NCBI GenBank assembly: GCA_032161105.1 | Contig: JAVHTD010000019.1 | Source of the DNA: Candidatus Thermosaccharophagus tengchongensis | GTDB lineage: Bacteria > Armatimonadota > Fervidibacteria > Fervidibacterales > Thermosaccharophagaceae | Strand: one strand, 5' to 3' | Length of the DNA stretch: 59,160 bases | Shown: piece by piece, positions 32,472 through 41,653 of the stretch | Layout: each line of letters opens with the position of its first letter | Numbering within the stretch: the stretch's first letter is position 1 | Notes under the pieces: generated by a model | The model's input: the letters and a program-made list of their open reading frames with translations, nothing else | Database searches by the model: none | Told to the model about the DNA's origin: nothing | Made by a program: the position numbers and the translations under genes

Positions 32472-32831
32472 TTGGGTGATGTGCAAATGCCGGTGATACA
32501 GTCCTACGAATTTGGGCGCATAGTCGTGGATGGAGTGGTTTATCAAAGGGATGTCATTATCCACCCAAGCGGTGTGCTCTCTCCATGGTGGCGTAAAGAG
32601 GGGCACAGCTTATGCATGGATGATTTGAAAGAGGCATTGGCGTTTGAGCCGGCGATGCTCATCATTGGGACTGGCTATTACTGCTGTATGTCTGTTCCGG
32701 ATGAATTGCGGCGCCAGTTAGAAGCGCTCGGAATTGAGGTGTGCGCCTGTGATACGAGGCGTGCATGCTCAATTTACAACGAACGCCGTGAGCATCAAAG
32801 GGTTGTGGCTGCGCTGCACCTGACTTGTTGA
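32472..32831 (+). CDS. Mth938-like (DUF498) protein
   Basis: Y.FG.I.VDG..Y..D…IIGTG…AC..YN…AALHLTC. Confidence 0.88.
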   Translation: MGDVQMPVIQSYEFGRIVVDGVVYQRDVIIHPSGVLSPWWRKEGHSLCMDDLKEALAFEPAMLIIGTGYYCCMSVPDELRRQLEALGIEVCACDTRRACSIYNERREHQRVVAALHLTC

Positions 32832-32849
32832 TTGGCAGGGGATGAATGA

Positions 32850-33650
32850 ATGGCACCCACTGAAATGATGCAATGGCTCGTTTGTCCGGATGATGGTGAG
32901 GGGCTCACCCTTGATGGTGGTCTTTTGAGGTGCGATATGTGTGGGCGCGCATTTGAAGTTGATGACCGAATTGTCCATATCCTCCCGGCGCGGCTTATGC
33001 GCCCATTATCTGACGCTGACTTGCAAAAGGTGAGGGAACAAAGGACCCGCGACGAACAGGCGAGCTGGTATGACAGGTTGATAGGGCTGAAGTTAGTCGG
33101 GCTGTTTGAGCTGCCACTTTATAGGCGGTTGCTCGGGGCGACGAATTACGATGTGGGGCTTGAAATCGGTTGTGGCACGGGGCGTGTAACAGTTGAGTTG
33201 GTTAAGCAAGTTAAGCACCTTTTTGCCCTTGACCTATCATACACATCGCTGCAACATTGCAGAGAGCGTCTAAAGCGAGGTTTCGGGGACAAATGCTGGA
33301 TGCTCCTTCACGGTGACGCCAACTCGCTTCCGCTGCCGGACGAGAGCTGCGATTTGGTCTTCAGCGCTCAAGCGATTGAGCACATCCCGGGAAAGCACCT
33401 TCAGTGTGAAGTCTTTTCCGAAGTTGCGAGGGTGTTGAAGCCATCGTCACCGTTTGTTTTCTCCATTTACCATTGGTCGTGGTTGATGAAGCTGTTCAGC
33501 AGGCGGGAGGGCTACCACAAAGGTGGGATTTACTTCTACCGATGGACTGCAGACGAGCTTGAGCAGGCGCTATCTGAACATTTTGAGGTTGACTATCTTC
33601 GCCCGTGTGCCGCCTACATCCTAGTTGTGAGGGCTTCCAAGAAACCGTAA
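32850..33650 (+). CDS. Class I SAM methyltransferase with an N-terminal Trm112-like Zn motif
   Basis: CPDD…LRC..C at the N-terminus; LEIGCGTG, GDA..LP and RVLKP. Confidence 0.85.
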   Translation: MAPTEMMQWLVCPDDGEGLTLDGGLLRCDMCGRAFEVDDRIVHILPARLMRPLSDADLQKVREQRTRDEQASWYDRLIGLKLVGLFELPLYRRLLGATNYDVGLEIGCGTGRVTVELVKQVKHLFALDLSYTSLQHCRERLKRGFGDKCWMLLHGDANSLPLPDESCDLVFSAQAIEHIPGKHLQCEVFSEVARVLKPSSPFVFSIYHWSWLMKLFSRREGYHKGGIYFYRWTADELEQALSEHFEVDYLRPCAAYILVVRASKKP

Positions 33651-33760
33651 ATCGCCTTCAACCATATGTTCACCTATGGCATCGTGATTGGGCACAATGC
33701 ATTCCCGCTCAAATGGCTTTGTGCCCGATGCGCCGTTCGGGATGACGGACGTAATCCAAG

Positions 33761-34429
33761 TCACTTCAGTATCTCTCCGGTGCGATACGACCACAGGAGT
33801 AAGTCAAGTTCGTCAATGGTGATACCAATGCGCTGTGAGAATGCTTTCGCCCTCTCCTCAGCCTCAATGTATTTTCCTCTTGTAGTTGGTGGCTTAGCGC
33901 TCTCAAGCACACCCAACTCAAGTAGGCAACGCACAACATGCCTATCAAGGATGGCATAGCCTTTGAACCCTATGTTGCGCAGGAAATGAGATGCCTCTTT
34001 ATAACCGATGCCCTTTATGTCCGGATTTAGGGCGAGGAAATCGCGCCGCTGATGATGGTCGTCAAACGAATTCAATATCTCCTTCAGCTTGAAGCCGGCT
34101 TCCCTGCGCAAGTATTCACGCGTGTGGACTATGTATCTCGCTCTGGCGCTTGCAAACCTGTGAAATCGCATTCTGCTTGCAATCTCATTTGCATCACCGT
34201 GCATGAGTATCTGTCTTATTGCTTCAACGCATTTCATCGCCCCGCGAGCTGAGTATCCGGCAGCGCAGATGCAAAACACCAACTCCTCAAACAGCGCTTC
34301 ATCATCTGCCCTTTCATAGAATTCGGTGAACTGCCTTAACCGTTCGGCAATCTGTTCCTTGCGCGCCTCATAGAGTTTTAGAAGCCCGTCAATCGTTAAC
34401 GCGCCGATTGTATGCATCCAACTCACCAC
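33761..34429 (-). CDS. ogg: 8-oxoguanine DNA glycosylase/AP lyase (archaeal/Thermotoga Ogg2 type)
   Basis: ELVFCI, HhH motif IKGIGYKEASHFLRN, AILDRH and C-terminal …TGEILK. Confidence 0.9.
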   Translation of the reverse strand: MVSWMHTIGALTIDGLLKLYEARKEQIAERLRQFTEFYERADDEALFEELVFCICAAGYSARGAMKCVEAIRQILMHGDANEIASRMRFHRFASARARYIVHTREYLRREAGFKLKEILNSFDDHHQRRDFLALNPDIKGIGYKEASHFLRNIGFKGYAILDRHVVRCLLELGVLESAKPPTTRGKYIEAEERAKAFSQRIGITIDELDLLLWSYRTGEILK

Positions 34430-34617
34430 TCAGTGAGGTGATCAACACATACGGCTTTAGAAATGGGGCGCTGCTTACATGTTTGCCACTGCCCTTCGCC
34501 AAGGCGGAGGGCAAGTTGCACCTGTGCGAACTCGCTATGATGCATTATGGCGAGTGGGTGCACATCGTATCTCAGTCAGCCACAACGGCTCTTTCAAGTG
34601 GGGTGAGCTGGTCAAAC

Positions 34618-35346
34618 ATGCCGAGTTTGCTCATCGGGACATCGGGATGGGTTTACCAGCATTGGCGTGGTCTCTTTTACCCGCCGGAGCTGCCACAGGC
34701 TAAATGGCTTCCGTTTTATTCCGAGCGGTTCAACACTGTTGAAATCAATAACTCTTTTTACCGCCTCCCATCAAAGGCTGCCTTTGAACGCTGGCATAGA
34801 CAGACCCCGAATGATTTCACATTCGCAGTGAAGGGTAACAGGTTCATCACGCACATGAGGAAGCTGAGGTCGGTTGAAGAGCCATTGCGCAGGTTCTTTG
34901 AAGCCGTTTGTGGGTTGGGCGAGAAGGCAAAGGTGATACTTTGGCAGCTGCCACCGATGTTAAAAGCCGACCATGAGAGGTTGAGGGAATTCTTGCGAGT
35001 GCTCCCAAAGGGATACAGGTATGCGGTTGAGTTCAGGCACCCAAGTTGGTGGATTGACAGGGCGAGCATTAAAGTGCTTGAGGAATTTGGATGCGCATTC
35101 TGCATACCGAGTGCGCCTATGCTCCCCAAGGAAATTATTCTGACCTCGGATTTCAGCTACATACGCATGCATGGTTGGAATCAACTTTACTCGGGCTGCT
35201 ATCCGATGAGTGAGTTGCGGTGGTGGGCTGAGCGCATTTCTGAAATGCTGCGGAACGGCATTGATGTATTCGTTTACTTCAACAACGATGTGAACGCTTA
35301 TGCCATCAGGAATGCCGAAGAGCTTGCCAATCTGATTCGGAGATGA
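34618..35346 (+). CDS. DUF72 (YecE-like) protein
   Basis: IGTSGW.Y..W…VEIN.SFY…QLPP…EFRH.SW…Y.R.HG…YFNN; ATG at 34618 chosen because the track's longer start overlaps ogg. Confidence 0.9.
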   Translation: MPSLLIGTSGWVYQHWRGLFYPPELPQAKWLPFYSERFNTVEINNSFYRLPSKAAFERWHRQTPNDFTFAVKGNRFITHMRKLRSVEEPLRRFFEAVCGLGEKAKVILWQLPPMLKADHERLREFLRVLPKGYRYAVEFRHPSWWIDRASIKVLEEFGCAFCIPSAPMLPKEIILTSDFSYIRMHGWNQLYSGCYPMSELRWWAERISEMLRNGIDVFVYFNNDVNAYAIRNAEELANLIRR

Positions 35347-35471
35347 CCGCATCACCGCAAAGCCGATTTAAAACTTCGGGCTTGGCGGCAACCTCGGATG
35401 GGCTATAAAATTGATCGCTTGACCCGGTAAGAAGCTCGGCACGCAATCCGGTCTTGCTTTTGAAACGGCTT

Positions 35472-36854
35472 CTAAGGTGCTTGCTGTCCTATGCCCGCTG
35501 CGGTGAATGGTCGCAAAGTCAATGCAAATGTCGCGGTTCGTCCCTTAGCCCATATGTTTCGTATCCCGCAGTGAAGTTGAAACTCAAAGAAGCCAACCCC
35601 GTAAAGCCTGTCGTCTTGAAGCCACCAGAAAGCGCCCGGCTGCTTCTCCATCGTTATTAGCACTCCAACACCGCTTCTCGTTATCCACCCGACTTGGTCA
35701 AGGGCGTTGTTTGTGTAAAACACAGGGCTCGGTCCTTGCGGCGGCTTTTCTGGGAACGGTTTCAAGTCGGGCTTTCCACCGGCGATGATGAACCATCTTC
35801 CGGGGTCAGCAACACTGGCTGCTGGTATCCATGCTTCAATCAGCACCGATTCAACTTTGATGTCGTTAAGCGGGGTGAGCTCGTAAACCACCTCAACTGC
35901 CTCGTCTGTTTGTGTTATCGTTTGAACCCATTGGATTGAGTCCCCTCCAGAGGTTGCCACACCGCTGAATGAGATTACACCGTCCTTCTCTTCTCGCTTT
36001 ACATTCGTCGGTTGCATGTCAACTTGCCTGAAGAGCGGTGGCCATCCCCACCCCGGCGGGGCAACTCGGAAGCCAAAGTTGATGAAGCAGAGTTGACCCT
36101 TAAAGAGAAACCTCATGATAGCGCCGCTTGGCGCCACCTCAACCTGATATGGACGCTGTGTCGGTGGTTGAGGCTGCGCTGGTGGCTGAGGCTGTATTGG
36201 CTGTTGTGGTGGTTTGGGTTGTTCCGGTGGCTTTGGCTGTTCTGGCTGCTGTGGTGTGGCGGGCGGTTGAGGCTGCTCCGGTTGCTGTGGTTGAATTGGC
36301 GGTTGCACTTCTGGTTGAACTCTTTTGACTGCTGGGCGACGAAAGCTCCTTACCACTCCGGACAGGGTTGGGTCCAGTCTCACAGCGATGTCAAACGCAG
36401 CGTTGGCGTGATACTCCATCCCGAGCTCCAAGTAAGCTCTTCCAAGCCATGCGTAGTATATCCCGACCGATGGTGCAGCCCCGACAGCCCTCGCCAAATA
36501 GACAATCGCATGCCACATATCGCCCATCAGCCAGTATGCCTGTCCGAGCGTCCACAGCAGTTCCGAATCATACGGGCGCTTGCTCAAAGCTGACGATATA
36601 GTTTTCTGGTATTCGTCAAGCTTGTCGGCGGCTTGGTAAAGTTTGAGGGCTTCAAGTTTGAGCAGATGGGCATACCAAATATGCTCCTGTTGCTTTGCAG
36701 CCTCGTGTAGCAGTGCCACAGCTTCTTTCAACTTCCCATCGGCTGCCAACTGGTTTGCCTCTTCGATGTGCTTCTCAATTTGCGCCCCCAAGCTATTGAG
36801 AGCTACAAGAATGCTCAGAAACAGAGCCGTCATCCAACAGCCTGCTTTCCTCAT
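35472..36854 (-). CDS. Secreted TPR protein with a Pro/Gln linker and a C-terminal beta-rich domain
   Basis: Signal peptide, TPR motifs, a QP-rich tract and an aromatic beta-strand C-domain. Confidence 0.7.
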   Translation of the reverse strand: MRKAGCWMTALFLSILVALNSLGAQIEKHIEEANQLAADGKLKEAVALLHEAAKQQEHIWYAHLLKLEALKLYQAADKLDEYQKTISSALSKRPYDSELLWTLGQAYWLMGDMWHAIVYLARAVGAAPSVGIYYAWLGRAYLELGMEYHANAAFDIAVRLDPTLSGVVRSFRRPAVKRVQPEVQPPIQPQQPEQPQPPATPQQPEQPKPPEQPKPPQQPIQPQPPAQPQPPTQRPYQVEVAPSGAIMRFLFKGQLCFINFGFRVAPPGWGWPPLFRQVDMQPTNVKREEKDGVISFSGVATSGGDSIQWVQTITQTDEAVEVVYELTPLNDIKVESVLIEAWIPAASVADPGRWFIIAGGKPDLKPFPEKPPQGPSPVFYTNNALDQVGWITRSGVGVLITMEKQPGAFWWLQDDRLYGVGFFEFQLHCGIRNIWAKGRTATFALTLRPFTAAGIGQQAP

Positions 36855-36974
36855 GATGCATCACCTCATCTTTGCAAGCGGTTTTTAAACTCAACACAAC
36901 TGATGGATGTTTCATCCATCAAGTTGCCCTCGCAATTTGCGCCCTTGATAGCTTCCAGTTTTTTGCTCCTTGCC

Positions 36975-38060
36975 TCATCTTTCAATGCGCACCGTTGCGC
37001 CCAGCCTTATGCTTTCATGAACCGCTTCCGCTATTCTTGTCGCTTCAAGTCCGTCCACGCCGGTTGCAAATGTGCCCTTAAGTTCGCTCATGCTAACCCC
37101 GTCAAGAAGCAGGCTGACGGTCTGGACGAAATCGGCAATTGACGCTATTCCATAGCCTTCCCAGATTTCTCTTCCGAGTGAATCATAACGGGAATGCAAA
37201 AAGGCTGGGTTATGAGTTTGCTGTTGTGGTATGTCCGTCTCACAACAGGTCCTTGTGCCCCTGTCTTGAGCATCGCATTCAGCCACTCCCAAAGTGCCCA
37301 CAAGACGCAAGCCCTGATTGACGCTCGCCTCAAATGCATCCGGCAGAATCCAAGATGTTTGGAAGCACACAGTTGCGCCATTCTCAAAGTGAACCATCGC
37401 CACTATTGAATCGTAAGTGTTAATGCCGATGCTTGAAAGCTTGCCGGTGCTCCCTTTCGCCCACACTTCAGCAGCATTGCTGTTGAGCAGCCACCGCACA
37501 AGGTCGTAGTAGTGAATCCCCAAAAACCAAGCCGGAGAGCTTGCGTGCGCCCATGACCTGAGCCAATCCCTTGGGACTTCAATCCTGTCCTCCATGTAGG
37601 CATAGCCATACTGTATCCTACCCAATTCGCCCGCATCCAGCTTCCGCTTCAGCACCTGATGGTATTCATCATACCGCTTGTGAAAGTCAACGCAGAGCAG
37701 CACCTTGTTCCTCTCGGCAGCCTCAATCATTTGAAGACACCCTTCCACTGTGACATCAAGCGGCTTCTCACAAAGCACATGGACCTTTGCATCCGCGCAG
37801 TCAATGACTATCTGGCGGTGCAGGTGATCTGGGGTTACAACGCTTACCGCATCAAGCCTTTCACGCTCAAGCATTTCACGATAATCCGTATACGGAGTGA
37901 ACCGAAATTCGCGCAGCCTCGCCTCAAGCAAATCTTCATTGACATCGCATCCAGCCACAAGCTCAGCAAGCCCCATCCATGTCATTTGGCGATAGCAGCG
38001 AAGATGGTTTATGCCAAACCTGCCAAGACCGATCACGCCAACCCTCGGTCGCCCCATCAA
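36975..38060 (-). CDS. Gfo/Idh/MocA family oxidoreductase
   Basis: VGVIGLGRFG, TPDHLH, HVLCEKP and GIHYYD. Confidence 0.92.
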   Translation of the reverse strand: MMGRPRVGVIGLGRFGINHLRCYRQMTWMGLAELVAGCDVNEDLLEARLREFRFTPYTDYREMLERERLDAVSVVTPDHLHRQIVIDCADAKVHVLCEKPLDVTVEGCLQMIEAAERNKVLLCVDFHKRYDEYHQVLKRKLDAGELGRIQYGYAYMEDRIEVPRDWLRSWAHASSPAWFLGIHYYDLVRWLLNSNAAEVWAKGSTGKLSSIGINTYDSIVAMVHFENGATVCFQTSWILPDAFEASVNQGLRLVGTLGVAECDAQDRGTRTCCETDIPQQQTHNPAFLHSRYDSLGREIWEGYGIASIADFVQTVSLLLDGVSMSELKGTFATGVDGLEATRIAEAVHESIRLGATVRIER

Positions 38061-38063
38061 AGC

Positions 38064-39356
38064 TCACCCCCAATCGGACACCCCACACCATAATGCAATT
38101 CCGAGTGACAGAGCTTTCGCTCCATCAAGAAGTTCAGACACGGCAATGCTCTCTCCGGATGAATGAGCCATTGATGCATCGCCAGCACCGAATACGATTG
38201 TAGGTATGCCGGCGAGCCTCGCATACAGGCGCGCGTCGCAACTTATGTTCCAACCGCTTACCTTTGATGGCAGCCCAAAAGCAGCTGCAGCCCTGTGGAA
38301 AGTAACAGGGAGAGGGTGATCTTTCGGTATCTCGTATGCGTCGTTGTGAAGCTTTGGGAAAGTTAATTCAAAGTGCTCCCTCAACCATTCGTCTCCTGAG
38401 GAAAGTATTGCCTGACGCAATTCCTCCTTCACCACACTAATTGTTTTGTTTGGGAGGAAGCCAACACCCCCTTCAATAGTGCACACCTCGGGCACCATTG
38501 AGGGCCATGTCCCACCATGTATAACTCCGATGCAGAGCTGCACCGGGTATTCGTAATCTTCAAACAGCGGATAACCCCTGCTCTCTTCAATCAGCCTCCT
38601 CTCATATTCAAGGAGCTGCTTTATCACCTCAACCATTTTCTCAATTGCGTTCACGCCATCATGCCTTCTGCCCATGTGCACCGACTTCCCGAATGTCCTT
38701 ATGCGAAACCACAGTGCGCCTCTGTTTGCACAATAAACATTGAACCCAGTTGATTCAAGCACAACTGCGCCATCAGCCTTGCAACCCTGCCTGATGAGGG
38801 CAAGTGCACCGTTGCCACCAACCTCCTCCTCAATCACTACTTGTAACTCCAGATTGCCACACAGCTTGATGCCGAGCTCCCTCAATGCGCCGACAGCGAG
38901 CAGCATCATAACAATCTGTCCCTTTGCATCCACAGCCCCTCTCCCATACACATGCTGTCCATCGTAGCTCGGATTGAAGGCGTCCTCCCATCCGCCCTCG
39001 GGTATAACATCGGAGTGGGTTTGGATAATCAAACTTCTTCCGCCACACTGCCCCTCAACTTTTGCCACGACATTAAACCGCTCATCGTATGGCTTCTCAT
39101 CATCGCTATGGGAATACTCCGGGTCAAAAACGATCTCGTTTGGGATTTGAACCGGCTGAGGGTTTAAACCGAGTTGTTGCATCAGTTCCATTATGCGAAG
39201 CTGCGTTTCCTTTTCCTCACCCTGAACGCTTCTGAGGCTGATTAACTCCATGAGCCATTCAATTGCTTCACTCCTATGGGACTCAATGACTCTCCCGAGC
39301 AGTTCACACAACCTCTCAAATTTGCCCTCATCAACATTGAGCGCATTCAGGCACAT
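38064..39356 (-). CDS. M20 family (ArgE/DapE-like) amidohydrolase
   Basis: HSDV, GRGAVDAKG, EEE.GG and a C-terminal AH…E. Confidence 0.9.
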   Translation of the reverse strand: MCLNALNVDEGKFERLCELLGRVIESHRSEAIEWLMELISLRSVQGEEKETQLRIMELMQQLGLNPQPVQIPNEIVFDPEYSHSDDEKPYDERFNVVAKVEGQCGGRSLIIQTHSDVIPEGGWEDAFNPSYDGQHVYGRGAVDAKGQIVMMLLAVGALRELGIKLCGNLELQVVIEEEVGGNGALALIRQGCKADGAVVLESTGFNVYCANRGALWFRIRTFGKSVHMGRRHDGVNAIEKMVEVIKQLLEYERRLIEESRGYPLFEDYEYPVQLCIGVIHGGTWPSMVPEVCTIEGGVGFLPNKTISVVKEELRQAILSSGDEWLREHFELTFPKLHNDAYEIPKDHPLPVTFHRAAAAFGLPSKVSGWNISCDARLYARLAGIPTIVFGAGDASMAHSSGESIAVSELLDGAKALSLGIALWCGVSDWG

Positions 39357-39631
39357 GACAATACACCACCTTTATCATGGGAACAACTGTGCGTTACTCG
39401 CAAGCTATATGCGGATTGCCGGATCGGATAGCCAATCCGCTTTGCCAATTCATCCGTCGCTAAATCACCATAGTGCGTTGCTCAGTTCCATGTGGCAACG
39501 GATTGGCTGACACGAGCGTCAAAATTGATGCCTGCAGGAACGATGTCAGTTGCGCTTGATGTGTTTGGCGCTTAAACTTGATTAGTGGCGCACGCAGCGC
39601 ATTGCTCAGTTGAATGGAGGTGAAGTGAATT

Positions 39632-40243
39632 ATGCGATGGGAGAAGTTGATAATGGTGGCTGTCGCTTGCTGTGTGCTTTTGCTGCCGCTGCGTTGCTTC
39701 TCTGCCGAGGGAGAGCAGGAATCAAAGCCGGTGGCTAAAGTTGGTGAACAGGCTCCTGACATTGAACTTAAGTCGGTTGATGGCAAGCAGGTCAAGCTTT
39801 CCGATGTGCTGCGTGACGAGAAGACGAAGGTTATAGTGCTTAACTTCCTTTCCATAGGTTGTCCATACAGCCAGAAGCTTGAGCCGCTTATCTGTCGGCT
39901 GTTTGATGAGCGTCAGAAGGATGGGCTCGTTGTGATTGGCATCGTGAAGGAATTTGGCAACCCAGAAGCCGTGAAGGCTTACATGGAGCGCATGAAGATA
40001 AAGTATGCTGTGTTGTTGGACGAAGGGTTGAAGGTGTTCAGGCAAGTTTACGGCGCCCCGAACACTCCCACGCTGTTCATAATAAACAAGCACGGGAAGT
40101 TGCTCGGCAAATACGTCGGGTTGCTCGGCGAGACTGATGAAGAGTATTACAAGTTCCTGAATGACGCTATCACCGCAGCAGCTGAGGGCAAGGAATTACC
40201 ACCTGCACCAGAAAAGCTCCGTGGCAAAGGGTGAAAAGTGTAA
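39632..40243 (+). CDS. Exported thioredoxin-fold redoxin (AhpC/TSA-like), probable selenoprotein ending …RGKG-U-KV
   Basis: Signal peptide, KVGEQAPD, CPYS, TPTLFII; in-frame TGA at 40232-40234 where the family has a C-terminal G-C, then AAA GTG TAA and a SECIS-like hairpin. Confidence 0.8.
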
Positions 40244-40247
40244 CCCA

Positions 40248-40266
40248 TGCCCTTGGTCTAAGGGCA
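40248..40266 (+). promoter_or_regulatory. Putative bacterial SECIS element
   Basis: Hairpin TGCCCTT-GGTCT-AAGGGCA; the G-initiated loop begins 20 nt after the UGA. Confidence 0.7.
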
Positions 40267-40338
40267 AAGAAAGTTCAATCCATCAATCGGATGCGCTGCG
40301 TGCGCCAATCTCATCAGACGCGTGAGGGGTGGGAGAAA

Positions 40339-40917
40339 TTATTGCAACCCTCCAAAGCCGGGAGTGACAATACCGCCTCCCGGTCCCCAAGGCGAAATGA
40401 CACCGCCACCGCTGCCCGTTGGTGCACCCTTAAGTGGCTTACCGTAAACATAAGAGCGGACGAAAACCTCGGCGTTCTGAAACCCAAGCGCCTGTGAGAG
40501 TTCCTTCTCCCACTTCTTCATGTCAATCCGCCACCATATGAGCTCCCTTGTGACAGGTATGTTCACATTGATTTTGAAGTTGGTGGCTGTGAAGTTAAGT
40601 TCGGCCGGCACGAGCACACACTCTTCACCCTTTGTCGGTGTCCCCAGAGTATAAGTCATTGACTTAAGCACGCTCAGTATTTTGTCTTGACCGCTCGTTT
40701 GCTCTTTGGAGAAGTTGCCGCGCCATTCACTTCCCACGCATTCAGCAGCTGCTGCTCTGTCGCCGTTGCGCAAGGCATCAAGGAATTGAGCCACCCTCCT
40801 CTGCGGCGTCTCAACAGCTGCAAAGTAATAGATCACGGCTACAACGATACCGATTGCGACAACACCCCAAAAATAGCGCGCCAAAACAATGGTCACTTTT
40901 AAATCACCCCCTTTCAT
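40339..40917 (-). CDS. Hypothetical membrane-anchored protein with a Gly-rich tail
   Basis: N-terminal TM helix, TP…V..FL.AL..GD…A pattern, co-oriented with the rng operon. Confidence 0.6.
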   Translation of the reverse strand: MKGGDLKVTIVLARYFWGVVAIGIVVAVIYYFAAVETPQRRVAQFLDALRNGDRAAAAECVGSEWRGNFSKEQTSGQDKILSVLKSMTYTLGTPTKGEECVLVPAELNFTATNFKINVNIPVTRELIWWRIDMKKWEKELSQALGFQNAEVFVRSYVYGKPLKGAPTGSGGGVISPWGPGGGIVTPGFGGLQ

Positions 40918-40990
40918 TGCGCAGTTGCATTTTCCCGCAAGGAAATTGCTGCCCCTCTAAGCAAAGGATTCACGCAGACCTTTTGAGAGC

Positions 40991-41653
40991 TCAGTGAAGC
41001 TTTCCTTCAACTACGGCTCTGGCTTTCCTACATCGCTCAACTTCAATTGCCACAACTGGCATTGGGACACCGAGCAAGCTCGCCAACCTCTCAATTACCC
41101 TATCCATCTCTCGCTTGATCAAATCAATGTTTGCCCCCTCTTTCCTTTCTTCCTCCTCAACGAATTCGGCAATTTGAGCCGCTGCATCTAAGAGGAAGCG
41201 AGCCCTCGTTGATTCATATTGGCGACCTGCCATGCTGTGAAATTGCTGCGAGAGCCTTTGCCAAAGTTCGCGCCAAGTCTTCTCAGCAATCACTCCAGCA
41301 ACTGATGTCATCGCTCGCTGATGTTCAAGTTGCTGCCTTATCGCCATCATTTCTTTGTAGCGCTCATAATCCTCCCTGCTGCGCCCCTGAATAATTTTGC
41401 TTTGGACATCCTCTCCGAAAAATTGGCGCAGTATTCTATCAAGCAGGTTCTTCGTAGTTGGGGCTGTCACATGCGGCATTAAAGGGGCATGTTCATATGG
41501 GCATCCGAGAATGAAGTCGTTTCCATCAAAGCCGATCGGCACAAGCGCGTCAATGGCTTGCCATACAGCTGGCGTTGGAGATTGCAATTGCTGCACCAAC
41601 ATGCGTTTCACCCTTTGCCAAATGGCAGTTGGGTCGGCTTCCCTGCTCATCAT
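40991..41653 (-). CDS. Hypothetical protein; N-terminal half resembles the DnaA domain-I fold
   Basis: IWQRV…L……W…L.P..F.GN.F.L pattern; start overlaps the rng stop. Confidence 0.6.
   Translation of the reverse strand: MMSREADPTAIWQRVKRMLVQQLQSPTPAVWQAIDALVPIGFDGNDFILGCPYEHAPLMPHVTAPTTKNLLDRILRQFFGEDVQSKIIQGRSREDYERYKEMMAIRQQLEHQRAMTSVAGVIAEKTWRELWQRLSQQFHSMAGRQYESTRARFLLDAAAQIAEFVEEEERKEGANIDLIKREMDRVIERLASLLGVPMPVVAIEVERCRKARAVVEGKLH

Noticed and set aside
32820..32831. Mth938-like gene ending in Cys-TGA, as a second selenoprotein candidate
   Set aside because: HLTC is the normal C-terminus of this family and no SECIS-like hairpin follows
34408..34617. N-terminal extension of the DUF72 ORF in the track
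   Set aside because: Overlaps the divergent ogg start; the family motif begins after ATG 34618, which has an SD
35657..35665. TTAGCACTC, a CIRCE half-site
   Set aside because: Inside a CDS, no second arm, and far from hsp20/lon
40231..40497. 88-aa ORF starting at the redoxin UGA, as a possible frameshift continuation
   Set aside because: Not protein-like and overlaps a convergent gene; Sec readthrough to TAA 40241-40243 explains the region better
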